Part shown: in pieces, positions 9,504-20,525 of the stretch
Layout of the letters: every line of letters starts with the position of its first letter
Position numbering within the stretch: position 1 is the stretch's first letter
Origin: Candidatus Poribacteria bacterium
Lineage (GTDB): Bacteria; Poribacteria; WGA-4E; WGA-3G
Direction: 5' to 3'
Length of the DNA stretch: 64,000 nt
NCBI GenBank assembly: GCA_964291315.2
Contig: OZ219753.1
Span: forward strand, 2,592,001-2,656,000
The notes under the pieces: generated by a model
Told to the model about the DNA's origin: nothing
The model's database searches: none
Seen by the model: the letters and a program-made list of their open reading frames with translations, nothing else
Made by a program: the position numbers and the translations under genes

Positions 9504-10367
9504 ATGCCAAGAATTGAACCTTTTACCGTCTCAAACGAACACTTGGATCAGCCCGAAGAACTCCGCGAACGAGCGCAGCGAGACGGCTACCTCTTTTTTC
9601 GAGGCTTGATTGACGCTAATGCCATCTACGCGCTACGGCGGGATTTCTTGGACATCTGCCAGCGGCACGGGTGGACACACGGCGGAGACGCATTAATGGA
9701 CGGCATCCGGAAGGGGCAACCCTATATGGAGGGCGATGCCGATTATTGGCCCGTCTTAGACGAATTTCAGAGCTTGGAATCGTTCCACACCTTCGCCCAT
9801 CATCCCGCGATTTTGGATATATGCGATAAACTCTTCGGTGAGAAGACACTCGTACATCCGCGAAATATTGGAAGAATCATGTTCCCCGAAAACACCAAAT
9901 ACACAACGCCTGCACATCAGGACTATATCCACATTCGCGGCACAGAAGAAACCTATACGGCGTGGATACCGCTCGGACCGTGTCCACTGACGTTAGGGGG
10001 TTTATCCGTATTGTCTGGGTCCCATCGAAATGGGATCTATCCGGTCAAACCCACACCCGGTGCAGGCGGGCTCGGTATTGATACTGCCCCCTTGGAAGCG
10101 GAAGGACTCTGCTGGGTCGCTGGCGATTACGAGGCCGGCGACGCGCTTTTTTTCCACAGCCACACCGTTCATAAGGCGCTCCCAAATCAGACATCGGACC
10201 GGATTCGACTCTCGGTGGACTACCGTTATCAAGGAGTCTCACAGCCGGTCACACAAGGCTCGCTATTGCCGCACTTCAATCGAATGGAATGGGCCGACAT
10301 CTACACAGATTGGAAATCAGAACAGTACCAATACTATTGGAACGCTCTCGATCTGAATACGGTTTGA
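9504..10367 (+). CDS. phytanoyl-CoA dioxygenase (PhyH) family 2OG-Fe(II) oxygenase
   Basis: DGYLF, AHQD, WIPL, GDALFFHSHTVH, R-x-S. Confidence 0.92.
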   Translation: MPRIEPFTVSNEHLDQPEELRERAQRDGYLFFRGLIDANAIYALRRDFLDICQRHGWTHGGDALMDGIRKGQPYMEGDADYWPVLDEFQSLESFHTFAHHPAILDICDKLFGEKTLVHPRNIGRIMFPENTKYTTPAHQDYIHIRGTEETYTAWIPLGPCPLTLGGLSVLSGSHRNGIYPVKPTPGAGGLGIDTAPLEAEGLCWVAGDYEAGDALFFHSHTVHKALPNQTSDRIRLSVDYRYQGVSQPVTQGSLLPHFNRMEWADIYTDWKSEQYQYYWNALDLNTV

Positions 10368-10423
10368 AAACTATCAGCACCCCGGTGTGTCTTTGACAGT
10401 TTCTCAAAGGAAATGGAAATCAA

Positions 10424-11518
10424 TTGACTAAGTTGCAACAGTCCCAGAAGTCTAACAAGTTTCTGTATTGCTTATTGATGCTTCTCGGCTGGAGCGGTTT
10501 CACTGTTTTTCCGGCTGCTGCGGAAAACTACACCGCGGACTTCCTGACAAATGGGGTCGGCGGGCGCGCACTCGGATTAGGGGGCGCATACGTCAGCATA
10601 GCAGACGATGTTACAGCCACCTATTGGAACCCCGCCGGCATCGCAGGTGTTCCCGATAACTACCAATTTTGTCTCATGCACGCCGCACGACGTTCCGGGT
10701 TAGGGGCATTTAACTATATCTCCGGCACGACTAAGATTCTGCCCAAACTCAATCTCGGGCTGTCATGGATGCGCGCAGGGGTTGACGATATTCCGATCTA
10801 TCCGCTCGTTCCAGCATTCGATCCAAATATCAGTGCAGATGAGCGGAAGAACCTTGCAAAAAATCGACCCCGCTCCACAGATTTTGACCCGGCAGGTTAC
10901 CTCAACGACAGTGAGAATGCTTACATTCTCACACTCGCGACGGGCTGGAGCGTCAGTCAGGCGTGGTGGAATAACTTTGGAAGGGACTCCTTGCCGCCTT
11001 CGTTGCTGATCGGGGCGAATGCTAAATGGATTTCACAACGCCTGAGCAGTGGGGACCTTGATACCTACAATTATGGGAGCCGCGGCTACGGGTTCGATCT
11101 CGGCCTACTCGCCCGTCTACCAGACCTGAACGCTATTTTTGGCTTAGAAAATATTGGCAGCTTCTCGTTTGGGTTGAACCTTCAAGATGTTTCGAAAACA
11201 ACACTAACGTGGAACACTGAATCCGCGCTTAAAGAATCTATCCCCGCGAATTGGAATATCGGCGCGGCGTATGCGAATTCCCGCATTTTCGGGCGAAATT
11301 TAATCCTCTCTTATCAGTGGCAGCGACGTTACGGTGGACAGACACACCTGGGGGCAGAGTATTATATCAGTAACCCCTTGGCATTACGCCTCGGCTACCG
11401 TGATGTCAGTATTACAGCAGGAATCGGCATCCACCTCCGCGAATTTCGTCTCGACTATGCCCTCCTCTTTGGCGACCTGATTAGCACACATTTCCTGAGT
11501 CTATTATGGAATTTCTAG
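10424..11518 (+). CDS. PorV/PorQ-like outer-membrane beta-barrel
   Basis: Signal peptide; FL.NGVGGRALGLGGAYVSIADD.TA.YWNPAG; C-terminal aromatic residue. Confidence 0.8.
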   Translation: MTKLQQSQKSNKFLYCLLMLLGWSGFTVFPAAAENYTADFLTNGVGGRALGLGGAYVSIADDVTATYWNPAGIAGVPDNYQFCLMHAARRSGLGAFNYISGTTKILPKLNLGLSWMRAGVDDIPIYPLVPAFDPNISADERKNLAKNRPRSTDFDPAGYLNDSENAYILTLATGWSVSQAWWNNFGRDSLPPSLLIGANAKWISQRLSSGDLDTYNYGSRGYGFDLGLLARLPDLNAIFGLENIGSFSFGLNLQDVSKTTLTWNTESALKESIPANWNIGAAYANSRIFGRNLILSYQWQRRYGGQTHLGAEYYISNPLALRLGYRDVSITAGIGIHLREFRLDYALLFGDLISTHFLSLLWNF

Positions 11519-11560
11519 CGCGAACTATACACCTCTGAACCCCGCTGAACCACCAATCTT

Positions 11561-12787
11561 TTACAAGCTGGGTTTCGAGAGATCGGGTTGATCCCGTAGC
11601 AAAATCAAGAGCGGCGCTATCAATACCGGAATCATCACCAAGCCGTCTAACACAATGGGCAGACCGAATTGGTCACCCAAGGTCCCAACGAATTTGTTCA
11701 AGATTCCACCAACCCCCCATGCCGCACCCATCATAAAACTGGAAGCGATATTTTCATGCCCGCGCAACATTATCTGTGCTAAGATAATGTTGACTGTTAT
11801 GGAACTTGAGAGAAGCACATTGCCCAAAAATAGGAGCAGAATGAAACTAAATCCATCTGTGTGTAGCGAGGCATAGAGCAGCGGCGGGGCACCAAGGAGG
11901 GACACCAGCAGCAGCACAAAGGTATTCACACGGGTTAGAAGCCATCCGCTCGACATAATCCCCATAGAACCTGCGAAGATGAAAAGTCCTATCACAAGCG
12001 ATCGGACTTGGTCAGCGTAGTTTTGGTCGTCTAAGTGGACAGATAAAAAGGTTTCTAGACCCGTAAGCGTAACCGTTCGGAAGGCTGCAATAATAAAGAG
12101 CACAACAAGAGGCAGCAGGCGCGGGGAAGCGACATGCCAAAAGGATTCTCGAGGGCTCGGTTCATCGCGTGGCGTTCCGGGGGTGGTAGCAGTCAGTGCC
12201 AATTCGTTATCAAATGCGAGTACCTTTGGCACCATCAGTGTGAGCAGTAGCCCCGGTATCATTTCCCAAACGAGGTAGTCTAACCCGAAGCGGTAAGGGA
12301 TAAACAGCAGCACCAGCGGACCGAGGGCCCGTCCAATGTTCCCGCCTGTAAGGAAAGTAGAGGTCCCCATCGCTCTCTGCCCCGAGGCGAGGGCTCCAGC
12401 ATAAGTCGTGGCTTGTGGATGGAAGGCAGCGACACCGGTGCCGCCGAGGGCTAAGAGGATATATACAGATGAAGCCGAGGGCGCGACCCATAAGAGGCTT
12501 AAACCGATGGCCGTCAGTCCAATGCCAAATGTCACAAAATGCACCGTCCGCACCCGATCCGACAACCATCCAAACATTACCTGGCCAAATGAGCTGAAGA
12601 CACTATAAATTGAGAGGAAGTTACCCGCTAAACTGTTTCGAGCCGCGGCTGTGCTGAACTTTCCCAAGAGGCGGGGCTGCAGATGTGACAGAAGCGTCGC
12701 GTAGGAGTCAAGAACGGTATGGCACAACGTCAGAAAGTAGAACTGTTTCCGAGAGGACGTTTTTGATGGAGACTGTTGGTTTTTCAT
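11561..12787 (-). CDS. MFS transporter (Fsr-like)
   Basis: GWLSDR, AAFHP, GGNIGRALGP; about 12 TM segments. Confidence 0.88.
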   Translation of the reverse strand: MKNQQSPSKTSSRKQFYFLTLCHTVLDSYATLLSHLQPRLLGKFSTAAARNSLAGNFLSIYSVFSSFGQVMFGWLSDRVRTVHFVTFGIGLTAIGLSLLWVAPSASSVYILLALGGTGVAAFHPQATTYAGALASGQRAMGTSTFLTGGNIGRALGPLVLLFIPYRFGLDYLVWEMIPGLLLTLMVPKVLAFDNELALTATTPGTPRDEPSPRESFWHVASPRLLPLVVLFIIAAFRTVTLTGLETFLSVHLDDQNYADQVRSLVIGLFIFAGSMGIMSSGWLLTRVNTFVLLLVSLLGAPPLLYASLHTDGFSFILLLFLGNVLLSSSITVNIILAQIMLRGHENIASSFMMGAAWGVGGILNKFVGTLGDQFGLPIVLDGLVMIPVLIAPLLILLRDQPDLSKPSL

Positions 12788-13116
12788 GAAGCCAAATGGA
12801 CACCGCGTTTCTATAAAAATTTGAAAGATTTAGACGGGGTCCATTATAGAATACACGCCTTTAAAAAGCAAATCCTTTTTTATCTACTATCTGTAGGTTA
12901 CCTTTCCCAACCGCGCGGTTTTCTGTTAGGAGGGTTCAGTATTTGGAAATGCCGACTTGTCTTCACTTATCTGTCGATAAAAACCAATAAAACCTAAAAT
13001 TGAATGCTCTTAATCAGCGACCAATATTCCGTTGATAATTGAAACTTCCGCCTATATTATGATACAATTCTTTACAATAGAAACAGTGCCCAAAATTCAC
13101 CATAGCGAGTGCGCCT

Positions 13117-14118
13117 TTGAACACAAAGCAATTACAGCAGGTTACCAAAATCGGACTGCCGACAGTATTGGCTTTTGTTATCGCATACCTGCTTTTAAAA
13201 CAAATTGACCTTCAACAGATACCGAAGACGCTGGGTCAGTTGTCAATACATGCCCTCTTAATCGGGTTCGCCTGTTATTGTCTGTTAGTTTTAGCGAAAG
13301 CCCTCCGTTTCCAAGCCTTACTCAACCTTGAGAGTCGTGCCCATCAAATTTTTCCAATCTTAGCGTTGCATACCTTCTGGAGCAATATTCTTCCGATGCG
13401 CACAGGGGATATCTCTTATGTCTACCTGATGCAACGGAGACAGAAGGTAGCGGCTACACAGGGAATAGCATCGCTTGTAGTGGCAAGCCTGATTGATCTC
13501 GTTCTGCTAATGGGGTTGGTAATTGCCACGGCTGGGCTCCTACGCACAGAATTAAGTGAGACTCTCTCTGGTAGAGTGCTTTACCTTCTACCTCTATTGG
13601 TAGGTGGAGGTTTAATCGCAATCATGGCCTTCGTGTATATTGCCCCGAAAACCTGCCTGAGATTTGCAAAACGATGTATGCACCCTCTAATGCTCCTCGA
13701 AATTCGCCCCAGTACATGGGTTGCCAACAAAGCGCTTGCAGTCCTGCGGCACCTCCTAGCGTTTCGATCGAATCGACGCTTTGTAGAAGTATGGACATAT
13801 TCTCTACTTTGCCTCGGCATCCGTTTTGGATTCCAATGCTACCTTGTTATAGAGATGGGAGTTAACATTCCGATGGCCAAGGTGCTATTCGCGCTGGCAT
13901 TTACGAACGTTTTCAACCTGCTCCCTGTCCAAACCATCGGTAATTTTGGTACCACTGAGTTTCCCTTTGTTTGGCTACTGCACCATTTCGGGATCCCTGT
14001 GAATGTTGCTACTATCACTGGATTTAGTTTGCACATTCTAATTTTGCTCTATTGTTTGCCCTTAGGGGTGTATGGATTTTTAACGAAGAGCAGGTTTACC
14101 AAGGCACATCCGAGTTAA
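13117..14118 (+). CDS. lysylphosphatidylglycerol synthase TM region (UPF0104 flippase-like) protein
   Basis: NILPMRTGD, NLLP...GNFGTTE; multiple TM segments. Confidence 0.8.
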   Translation: MNTKQLQQVTKIGLPTVLAFVIAYLLLKQIDLQQIPKTLGQLSIHALLIGFACYCLLVLAKALRFQALLNLESRAHQIFPILALHTFWSNILPMRTGDISYVYLMQRRQKVAATQGIASLVVASLIDLVLLMGLVIATAGLLRTELSETLSGRVLYLLPLLVGGGLIAIMAFVYIAPKTCLRFAKRCMHPLMLLEIRPSTWVANKALAVLRHLLAFRSNRRFVEVWTYSLLCLGIRFGFQCYLVIEMGVNIPMAKVLFALAFTNVFNLLPVQTIGNFGTTEFPFVWLLHHFGIPVNVATITGFSLHILILLYCLPLGVYGFLTKSRFTKAHPS

Positions 14119-14265
14119 CGTCGAGGGGACGCGAGGGTTCCCTATTGTAGCGCAACATAACAGCTGATTTTTCTGTTGACAACTTTTTGAAAACGTGTTT
14201 AAGTTTAAGCAGATAGGCGCGATTTCTAACGTCGGCGCTTGTCGGATAAAATGAGGAAGCATAAT

Positions 14266-15097
14266 ATGAGAATTATCGACCCGCCTCTTCACGTTTGGAA
14301 GAACGATTCTCGGTTTCCGTGGGCTCCAGAGACAACCACTCCACCGGAGGACGATGCCACAGCAGAAACGCTTTTGGAATTAATGGCAGCGAACGGCGTA
14401 GAAAAGACCGTTCTCGTTCAAGCCATTCACTACCGATGGGATAATCGTTACGCAGCGGCGGCGATGAAGAGATACCCTGATAAATTCATGGAGGTCTGTC
14501 GAGTCAACCTCGAAGACCCAGATGCCCCCGACCACCTCGGCCGCTGGACAGAGGAGCACGGATTTCATGGGGTCGGTCTGAGCCCGCCTGTGGGCCCTGA
14601 TGGCGATTGGTTCGCCGGAGCGTTGATGCCCCCACCCTTCCACCGCGCCGAATCACTTGCGGTGCCGTTGTTGATCCTCACCGGGGCCGACCGGCTCATG
14701 GACCTTGTGCCGCTTCTCGAACAATATCCGGGCCTCGATGTTGTGATTGATCACATGGCGGGGGTTCCCCGGATGTCCCTGAAAAGCATGAACTACTTCT
14801 CAACTTGGCACGCTTCCCTCGGGTGTATGTCAAGATAAGCCACACGTGGTCGATGTCGAAACCAATTTTCCGTGGGCCGATACACATGAGCAGGTCAAGG
14901 AGGTGTATCATGCTTTCGGGGGCGATCGGATGATGTGGGGCACGGATTGGCCGGTCTGTCTGAAACACACCACTTATGCGGAGACCTTAGCCGTCGTCCG
15001 CGCCGCAATGGATTTCTTTACATCTGAAGATCGGGAATGGGTGTTGGGCAAAACGACTCTACGGCTTTGGCAATTTCCGCCCCAACCTCATGAGTAG
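14266..15097 (+). pseudogene. amidohydrolase_2 family, frameshifted twice
   Basis: IDHM, VYVKISH (alternate frame) and RMMWGTDWP lie in three frames; shifts near 14760 (G run) and 14860 (A run). Confidence 0.85.
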
Positions 15098-15291
15098 AAG
15101 GCGAGGTTTCCGCGCCGCAAATGTAAAATTAGCTTGACTTTTTTTTTGTTTATGCTAAAATAGTAGTTTTAGGTTAAACAATAACGACTTCCATTACCGA
15201 CGCAACAAGGCAAAGCACCACACACGTCCGAAATCCCAAGGTTATTTTAAAAGTGAGATTTCAATACCTCCGTTTCACAAGGAGAAATATC

Positions 15292-15639
15292 ATGCTGTTT
15301 TGTCCACAATGCAACGCTGAATATAAGCCAGAAGTATCGATGTGTTCGGACTGTAACGTAGGTCTCGTGCCCGAATTAAGGCAAACCGAGGTTACGGAGT
15401 ATGGCGATTGGTACGCAGTTGAATCTGTACCAAACGAAGTGGCAGGAAATATCCTTCAAAACGTCTTAGAGAATGAAGGCATTCCTGTCTACTTACGTTG
15501 CCACGAAACCCCTAACTATGGCGGCGTGAAAGGTAATGCCGCAGCATCTGAATGGGGCGATCTCCTGGTGCCAATTGATTTACTGCCACAGGCACGAGAA
15601 GCCCTCGAAACGTATTTCAATTCACTACAAGAAGGATGA
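15292..15639 (+). CDS. DUF2007-like small protein with N-terminal zinc ribbon
   Basis: FCPQC...CSDC..L; LENEGIP; AAGGAG RBS. Confidence 0.78.
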   Translation: MLFCPQCNAEYKPEVSMCSDCNVGLVPELRQTEVTEYGDWYAVESVPNEVAGNILQNVLENEGIPVYLRCHETPNYGGVKGNAAASEWGDLLVPIDLLPQAREALETYFNSLQEG

Positions 15640-15658
15640 CTCTCACAGGCAGGGTGCC

Positions 15659-15871
15659 ATGGAAAAAGTGACGCAACTCTATCTCTTTAAAGAGGTAGAA
15701 TCTCATATGCGCATAACTGATAAGATTTATGTCCGAGCCTATCGAAAACAAGATGGCAGTTATGTCAGAAAATATTGGAGGAAACGGCCTACCCGAAGAA
15801 ACGAGAGTCGCAAACTGACGCCTACAGAAGTAAAACAGCTCTCTTTAATTAAAAAAGGGAGTAAAAATTGA
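15659..15871 (+). CDS. small basic hypothetical protein
   Basis: YVRAYRKQDGSYVRKYWR beta-hairpin-like motif; alternative start 15707 with AGAGGT RBS. Confidence 0.55.
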   Translation: MEKVTQLYLFKEVESHMRITDKIYVRAYRKQDGSYVRKYWRKRPTRRNESRKLTPTEVKQLSLIKKGSKN

Positions 15872-15942
15872 AAATCCACGTGAGAAGGAATCATGGCACC
15901 CTCCACGGTCTAACATACAGACGCTTCTTCTCGGGAGATGTT

Positions 15943-17115
15943 ATGCTCTATCTTTTCCGATGCCTGCAAGTATTCCGTGTTTCTGCCTGTTGCTTGCAGG
16001 CGTTCACTGTTCTACTCTTTTTTATAGCGAGTTCCACACTTTTTAGCGATGTCTACCGTATCAAAAAAGGAGACACCCTCCTCATTGCCGTGGTCGGGCA
16101 ACCCGAGTATACGCATTCCGTGCAAGTTCGTGGAGACGGCAAAATCAACTATTTCGGCGGCGACTTTGATGTTGCCGGACAGACAGTGACAAATGTGAAC
16201 CAGTTGATTCGCGAGTTTCTCGTCACAGATGATCATGTCAGTAACCCTGTCGTGATGGTATCCCCGGTCTTGCAAGAGAACGGTGTTTTCGTCGGAGGCG
16301 CGGTACAGACACCGGGACGTTATCTCATTTCGCCGGAAACCGACATCGGTTTATACCGTGCCATCGCGCTAGCCGGGGGCATGACGGAGAACGCCGACCG
16401 TCAAGGCGTACAACTCATCCGGACCGACGATACACAAAAGGTGGAAACCTACGACCTCTCCACGACTCGTGTTTTTCAAAACGTCCGCGTTGGTGTGAAC
16501 GATCTTATATTCGTCATGCCGTTGAGCGTCGTTGAAGTCCAAGGGCAGGTACAGACTCCTGGCAAGCTGTTTGTTCGTGGAGAGATCGGCATTGAACAAG
16601 CCCTCGCCCGCGCAGGCGGACCCACGCAGGAGGCAGACCTCGCGGCACTGGTAAAAGTCGCAAAAGACGGTAAACTGTCCGAGTTTAAGCGATCGGAACG
16701 GTTTTGGCAATCCGATGAAAGCAAGACGGTTTACGCTACGTTGTCGGATGGCGATGTGCTGTTTGTTCCGAATGTATTCAAAGCCGAGTTAATCTACGTG
16801 ACAGGTTATGTGCGTAATCCGGGCGCACAGCGTGTCCGTGGTCCGTTGCGTCCTTCACAGGCCGTCGCGCTTGGCGGGGGGTTTGACGTTTCAGCGAACC
16901 GTAAGACAGGGCTCATTCACCGGCGTGATGGTAGGGCAATAGAGGTAGGCTTAACATCTGATGCTGCCGAAGACGCGACCGGGCAACAGCCCCTGATCTA
17001 TCCGGGAGATATTTTGGAGATCAAGAAGAAGTTTGAGGTGAATTGGAATCTTGTCACTACATTCGCCTCCATTGCTATTGCTAGTATAGGTATTGTAATC
17101 CAATTGACGAGGTAG
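15943..17115 (+). CDS. polysaccharide export/SLBB-domain protein (Wza-like)
   Basis: YRIKKGD.L, DGKI, three V.G.V..PG SLBB repeats. Confidence 0.85.
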   Translation: MLYLFRCLQVFRVSACCLQAFTVLLFFIASSTLFSDVYRIKKGDTLLIAVVGQPEYTHSVQVRGDGKINYFGGDFDVAGQTVTNVNQLIREFLVTDDHVSNPVVMVSPVLQENGVFVGGAVQTPGRYLISPETDIGLYRAIALAGGMTENADRQGVQLIRTDDTQKVETYDLSTTRVFQNVRVGVNDLIFVMPLSVVEVQGQVQTPGKLFVRGEIGIEQALARAGGPTQEADLAALVKVAKDGKLSEFKRSERFWQSDESKTVYATLSDGDVLFVPNVFKAELIYVTGYVRNPGAQRVRGPLRPSQAVALGGGFDVSANRKTGLIHRRDGRAIEVGLTSDAAEDATGQQPLIYPGDILEIKKKFEVNWNLVTTFASIAIASIGIVIQLTR

Positions 17116-17188
17116 CGAGGTAGATGGCAAATCGGTTTGGTGTAAGAGCTCGCCTTGTCCCATAAACGAAATTTGAATAGTTAACATT

Positions 17189-20100
17189 ATGCCCCATCTC
17201 AACATCAGAACCACTCACAAGCCGATCAGACAATACTACGCCGAACTTGAAAAATACGCACAACTCGGTGAGCAAAACGAAGGCATCGTCCGTGCAGCCT
17301 TCCAACACCTGCTCCAACACTACTGCCACCAAGCCAAACTTACACTGCTCTGCGAAAAAACACACTACACATCCGAGAAAAAACGCATAATACCAGACGG
17401 GGAAGTCGTGGACACCTACGGACTACCGCACGGCTACTGGGAGGCAAAAGATACACACGATGACCTGCTCCTCGAGGCTGCCAAGAAGTTTGACGCAGGC
17501 TACCCGTCCAAGAATATCGTCGTGCAGTCGCCCACACGTGCCCTGCTCTATCAGGACGGGCAGCTGCAGCTCGATGCTGACATCACTGATCCGCGCAACC
17601 TCGTCCAGGTGCTCCAAACCTTCTTCACTTATCAGGAGGCAAACATCGCCGCGTGGCACACCGCTGTCGCTGATTTCAAGGCAGCCGTGCCCGCACTCGG
17701 AGCGAAGTTAGCAGCTCTCATCAAAACAGAACGTCAAAACAACGCACACTTTCGAGAAGCGTTCACCGATTTTCACCAGCAGTGCTGTGCCTGCATTGAC
17801 CCGAGTCTCTCTGTTGCTGCTGTGGAGGAGATGCTGATCCAACATCTCCTCACCGAACGGATCTTCGCGACAGTCTTCAAGAACCGGGATTTCACCCGCC
17901 GCAACATTATCGCCAGGGACATAGAGACGGTGATTGACGTGCTGACAGAGCATGCCCTCAACCGCGACCAATTTCTTCAGAGTTTAGACCCGTTCTACGC
18001 GGCGATAGAGAGCACCGCTGCGACCCTCACAGCGTTCTCACAGAAGCAGCACTTCCTCAACACCGTCTATGAGCAGTTCTTTCAAGGGTTCTCCGTCAAG
18101 GTTGCTGACACGCACGGCATCGTCTACACGTCGCAGCCGATCGTGGATTTCATGGTCAACAGCGTGCAACATCTATTAGAGACCGAGTTTGATCGCTCGC
18201 TATCGGATAGCGGCGTGCATATCATAGACCCGTTTGTCGGCACGGGCAACTTCATCGTGCGTTTGATGCAGGTCCTGGATCCGATCTCTCTGGAGCGAAA
18301 ATACACCGCCGATCCGCCTGAACTGCAATGTAACGAGGTGATGCTTTTGCCGTATTACATTGCGAGTCTGAACATTGAGCAGCAGTTTTACACTGCGATG
18401 CGCCGGTATTCGGCTTATGAGGGCATCTGTCTCGTAGATACGTTTGAGGTATCGGAGGCTCGGCAGATAGCGTTGTTCGCGCCTGCGAACACGGAGCGGG
18501 TTGAGAGGCAGAAGCGGACCCCGATGTTCGTAGTGATCGGCAATCCGCCCTATAACGCTGGGCAGAAGCGTGAGAGCGACAACAACAAGAATAGGAGGCA
18601 TCCGATCGTAGATGCGAGAGTTGCGGAGACGTATGTCAAAGACTCTGCAGCACAGAACCCCAATAAGCTCTACGATCCGTATGTGAAGGCGATCCGGTGG
18701 GCCTCGGATAGGATTGGATCGGAGGGCATCGTGGCATTGGTAACGAATAACAGCTTTTTGGATGGCATCGCGTTTGATGGGGTGCGGAAGCACCTTGCGG
18801 CAGACTTCGATGTAATTTACGTGCTCGACTTAGGCGGGGATGTGCAGCGCGGATTAAAGGTCTCAAGTGCCAACGTGTTCGGGATCCGCGTAGGGGTGAG
18901 TATCAATCTATTCGTGAAAAACAGAGATAGGTCATCAGAGCAGCCGCGTATCTTTTATTATCGCACGGATGAGTTATGGGATAAAGATCAGAAGTTTGCG
19001 TTTCTGAATAGCAGTCAGCATGTGGGCGGTGTTGCGTGGCAGTCCATTGAACCCGATGCGCGGCATGCATGGCTGACCGAAGGTCTGGACTCGGCGTTTG
19101 ACACCTTCACGCCGATGGGGACTAAGGCAGCAAAAGCCTCTGCGGGAAAGACAGTGGGTGTGCTTTTCAAGACCTACAGTCTCGGTATCAGTACTAGTCG
19201 TGATGCGTGGACCTATAATTTCAACCGAGACGCGCTCACTGAAAATATAAGCAGGATGATTGAAACTTACAACGCAGAGGTGGCGCGTTGGACACAACGA
19301 ACAAATAGAGAGGTGAACGTTGATAATTTTGTAGTCTATGATGATACAAAAATCAAGTGGAGTTCGACGTTAAAGCAGAAACTACAGAGCGGTCAGATCA
19401 CAGCATTTACAGATGCGAAAATCCGTTCCAGCCTTTATCGCCCCTTTACGAAATCCAACCTCTACTTTGACCGAATGATGAACGAAAGGGTAAGAGAATT
19501 TCCGTTTATTTTTCCGAAACCACAAGTAGAAACGGAAAATAGGGCCATTTGCGTCAGCTGCCCGGGCACAAAATCACCTTTCCGTACGCTAATGGTTGAT
19601 GCAATTCCAGATATCCATATTACAGGCGATACCCAATGTTTCCCTTTCTATATCTACGACGAAGACGGGAGCAACCGCCGCGAAAATATCACTGACTGGG
19701 CATTGGCACATTTCCGATCTCACTATAAAGACGATAGCATCAGCAAATGGGATATCTTCCACTATACCTATGGGCTCCTGCATCATCCAGACTACCAAAA
19801 GAAATACGAGGCGAACCTCAAGCGCGATCTGCCGCACATTCCCTTCGCCACAGATTTCTGGGCGGTCGCTACCGCAGGCGCACAACTCGCAGAGCTCCAC
19901 GCTAACTACGAATCTCAACCCGAATACGAACATCTCAGGTTGATTCAGAACCCCGAGGTGCCGCTCAACTGGCGCGTGGAGAAGATGAAACTCTCCAAAG
20001 ACAGAACACAGTTGACATATAACGACTTCTTGACACTTGCCGACATCCCGCCCGAAGTGTTTGCGTATCGGTTAGGCACTCGTTCGGCGTTGGAGTGGGT

Positions 20101-20260
20101 GATAGATCAGTATCGCGCCAAAAGGGACAAGTGGAGTGGGCTGGTCAGCGATCCGAATTGTGCGGAGGCGCCGCGCTATATTGTGGAGTTAATTGGCAAG
20201 GTAATTACGGTGAGTTTAGAGACGGTGGCAATCGTTGAGAAGCTGCCACCGATAGCGTAG
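17189..20260 (+). CDS. single-chain RM enzyme: PD-(D/E)xK nuclease + N6-adenine MTase + type ISP-like C-terminal specificity region
   Basis: IPDG...WEAK; DPFVGTG; GNPPY; YRPF, TQCFP, SALEWVIDQY. Confidence 0.88.
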   Translation: MPHLNIRTTHKPIRQYYAELEKYAQLGEQNEGIVRAAFQHLLQHYCHQAKLTLLCEKTHYTSEKKRIIPDGEVVDTYGLPHGYWEAKDTHDDLLLEAAKKFDAGYPSKNIVVQSPTRALLYQDGQLQLDADITDPRNLVQVLQTFFTYQEANIAAWHTAVADFKAAVPALGAKLAALIKTERQNNAHFREAFTDFHQQCCACIDPSLSVAAVEEMLIQHLLTERIFATVFKNRDFTRRNIIARDIETVIDVLTEHALNRDQFLQSLDPFYAAIESTAATLTAFSQKQHFLNTVYEQFFQGFSVKVADTHGIVYTSQPIVDFMVNSVQHLLETEFDRSLSDSGVHIIDPFVGTGNFIVRLMQVLDPISLERKYTADPPELQCNEVMLLPYYIASLNIEQQFYTAMRRYSAYEGICLVDTFEVSEARQIALFAPANTERVERQKRTPMFVVIGNPPYNAGQKRESDNNKNRRHPIVDARVAETYVKDSAAQNPNKLYDPYVKAIRWASDRIGSEGIVALVTNNSFLDGIAFDGVRKHLAADFDVIYVLDLGGDVQRGLKVSSANVFGIRVGVSINLFVKNRDRSSEQPRIFYYRTDELWDKDQKFAFLNSSQHVGGVAWQSIEPDARHAWLTEGLDSAFDTFTPMGTKAAKASAGKTVGVLFKTYSLGISTSRDAWTYNFNRDALTENISRMIETYNAEVARWTQRTNREVNVDNFVVYDDTKIKWSSTLKQKLQSGQITAFTDAKIRSSLYRPFTKSNLYFDRMMNERVREFPFIFPKPQVETENRAICVSCPGTKSPFRTLMVDAIPDIHITGDTQCFPFYIYDEDGSNRRENITDWALAHFRSHYKDDSISKWDIFHYTYGLLHHPDYQKKYEANLKRDLPHIPFATDFWAVATAGAQLAELHANYESQPEYEHLRLIQNPEVPLNWRVEKMKLSKDRTQLTYNDFLTLADIPPEVFAYRLGTRSALEWVIDQYRAKRDKWSGLVSDPNCAEAPRYIVELIGKVITVSLETVAIVEKLPPIA

Positions 20261-20525
20261 GCAGCATTCGGAAAGCCCCCCCGCGGAAGATAGGAAATTC
20301 ATAAATAGCTCGGGGTTGGCAAAGCTTTTCTGCGAAACCGTTCCTGATAGAAATTTATACTGACGCGCAACTGCAAGCCCTCCATCTACCAAAAACTAGC
20401 ATCTTAATCCACACTTGACATCTATTCGTCCAATGTAGTATCATAGAGAATATAGTTGCAATGAGACTGTTTTTTCCGGGATCCTCAAATACAACATGCT
20501 GACGGCGGGAAAGGAGTTTTCATAC

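Noticed and set aside
15134-15161. Phase-variable poly-T promoter spacer
   Set aside because: A T9 tract is present, but one sequence cannot show length variation and such tracts are common in AT-rich promoters.
18200-18793. 197-aa minus-strand ORF inside the RM gene
   Set aside because: Antisense shadow with no family features.
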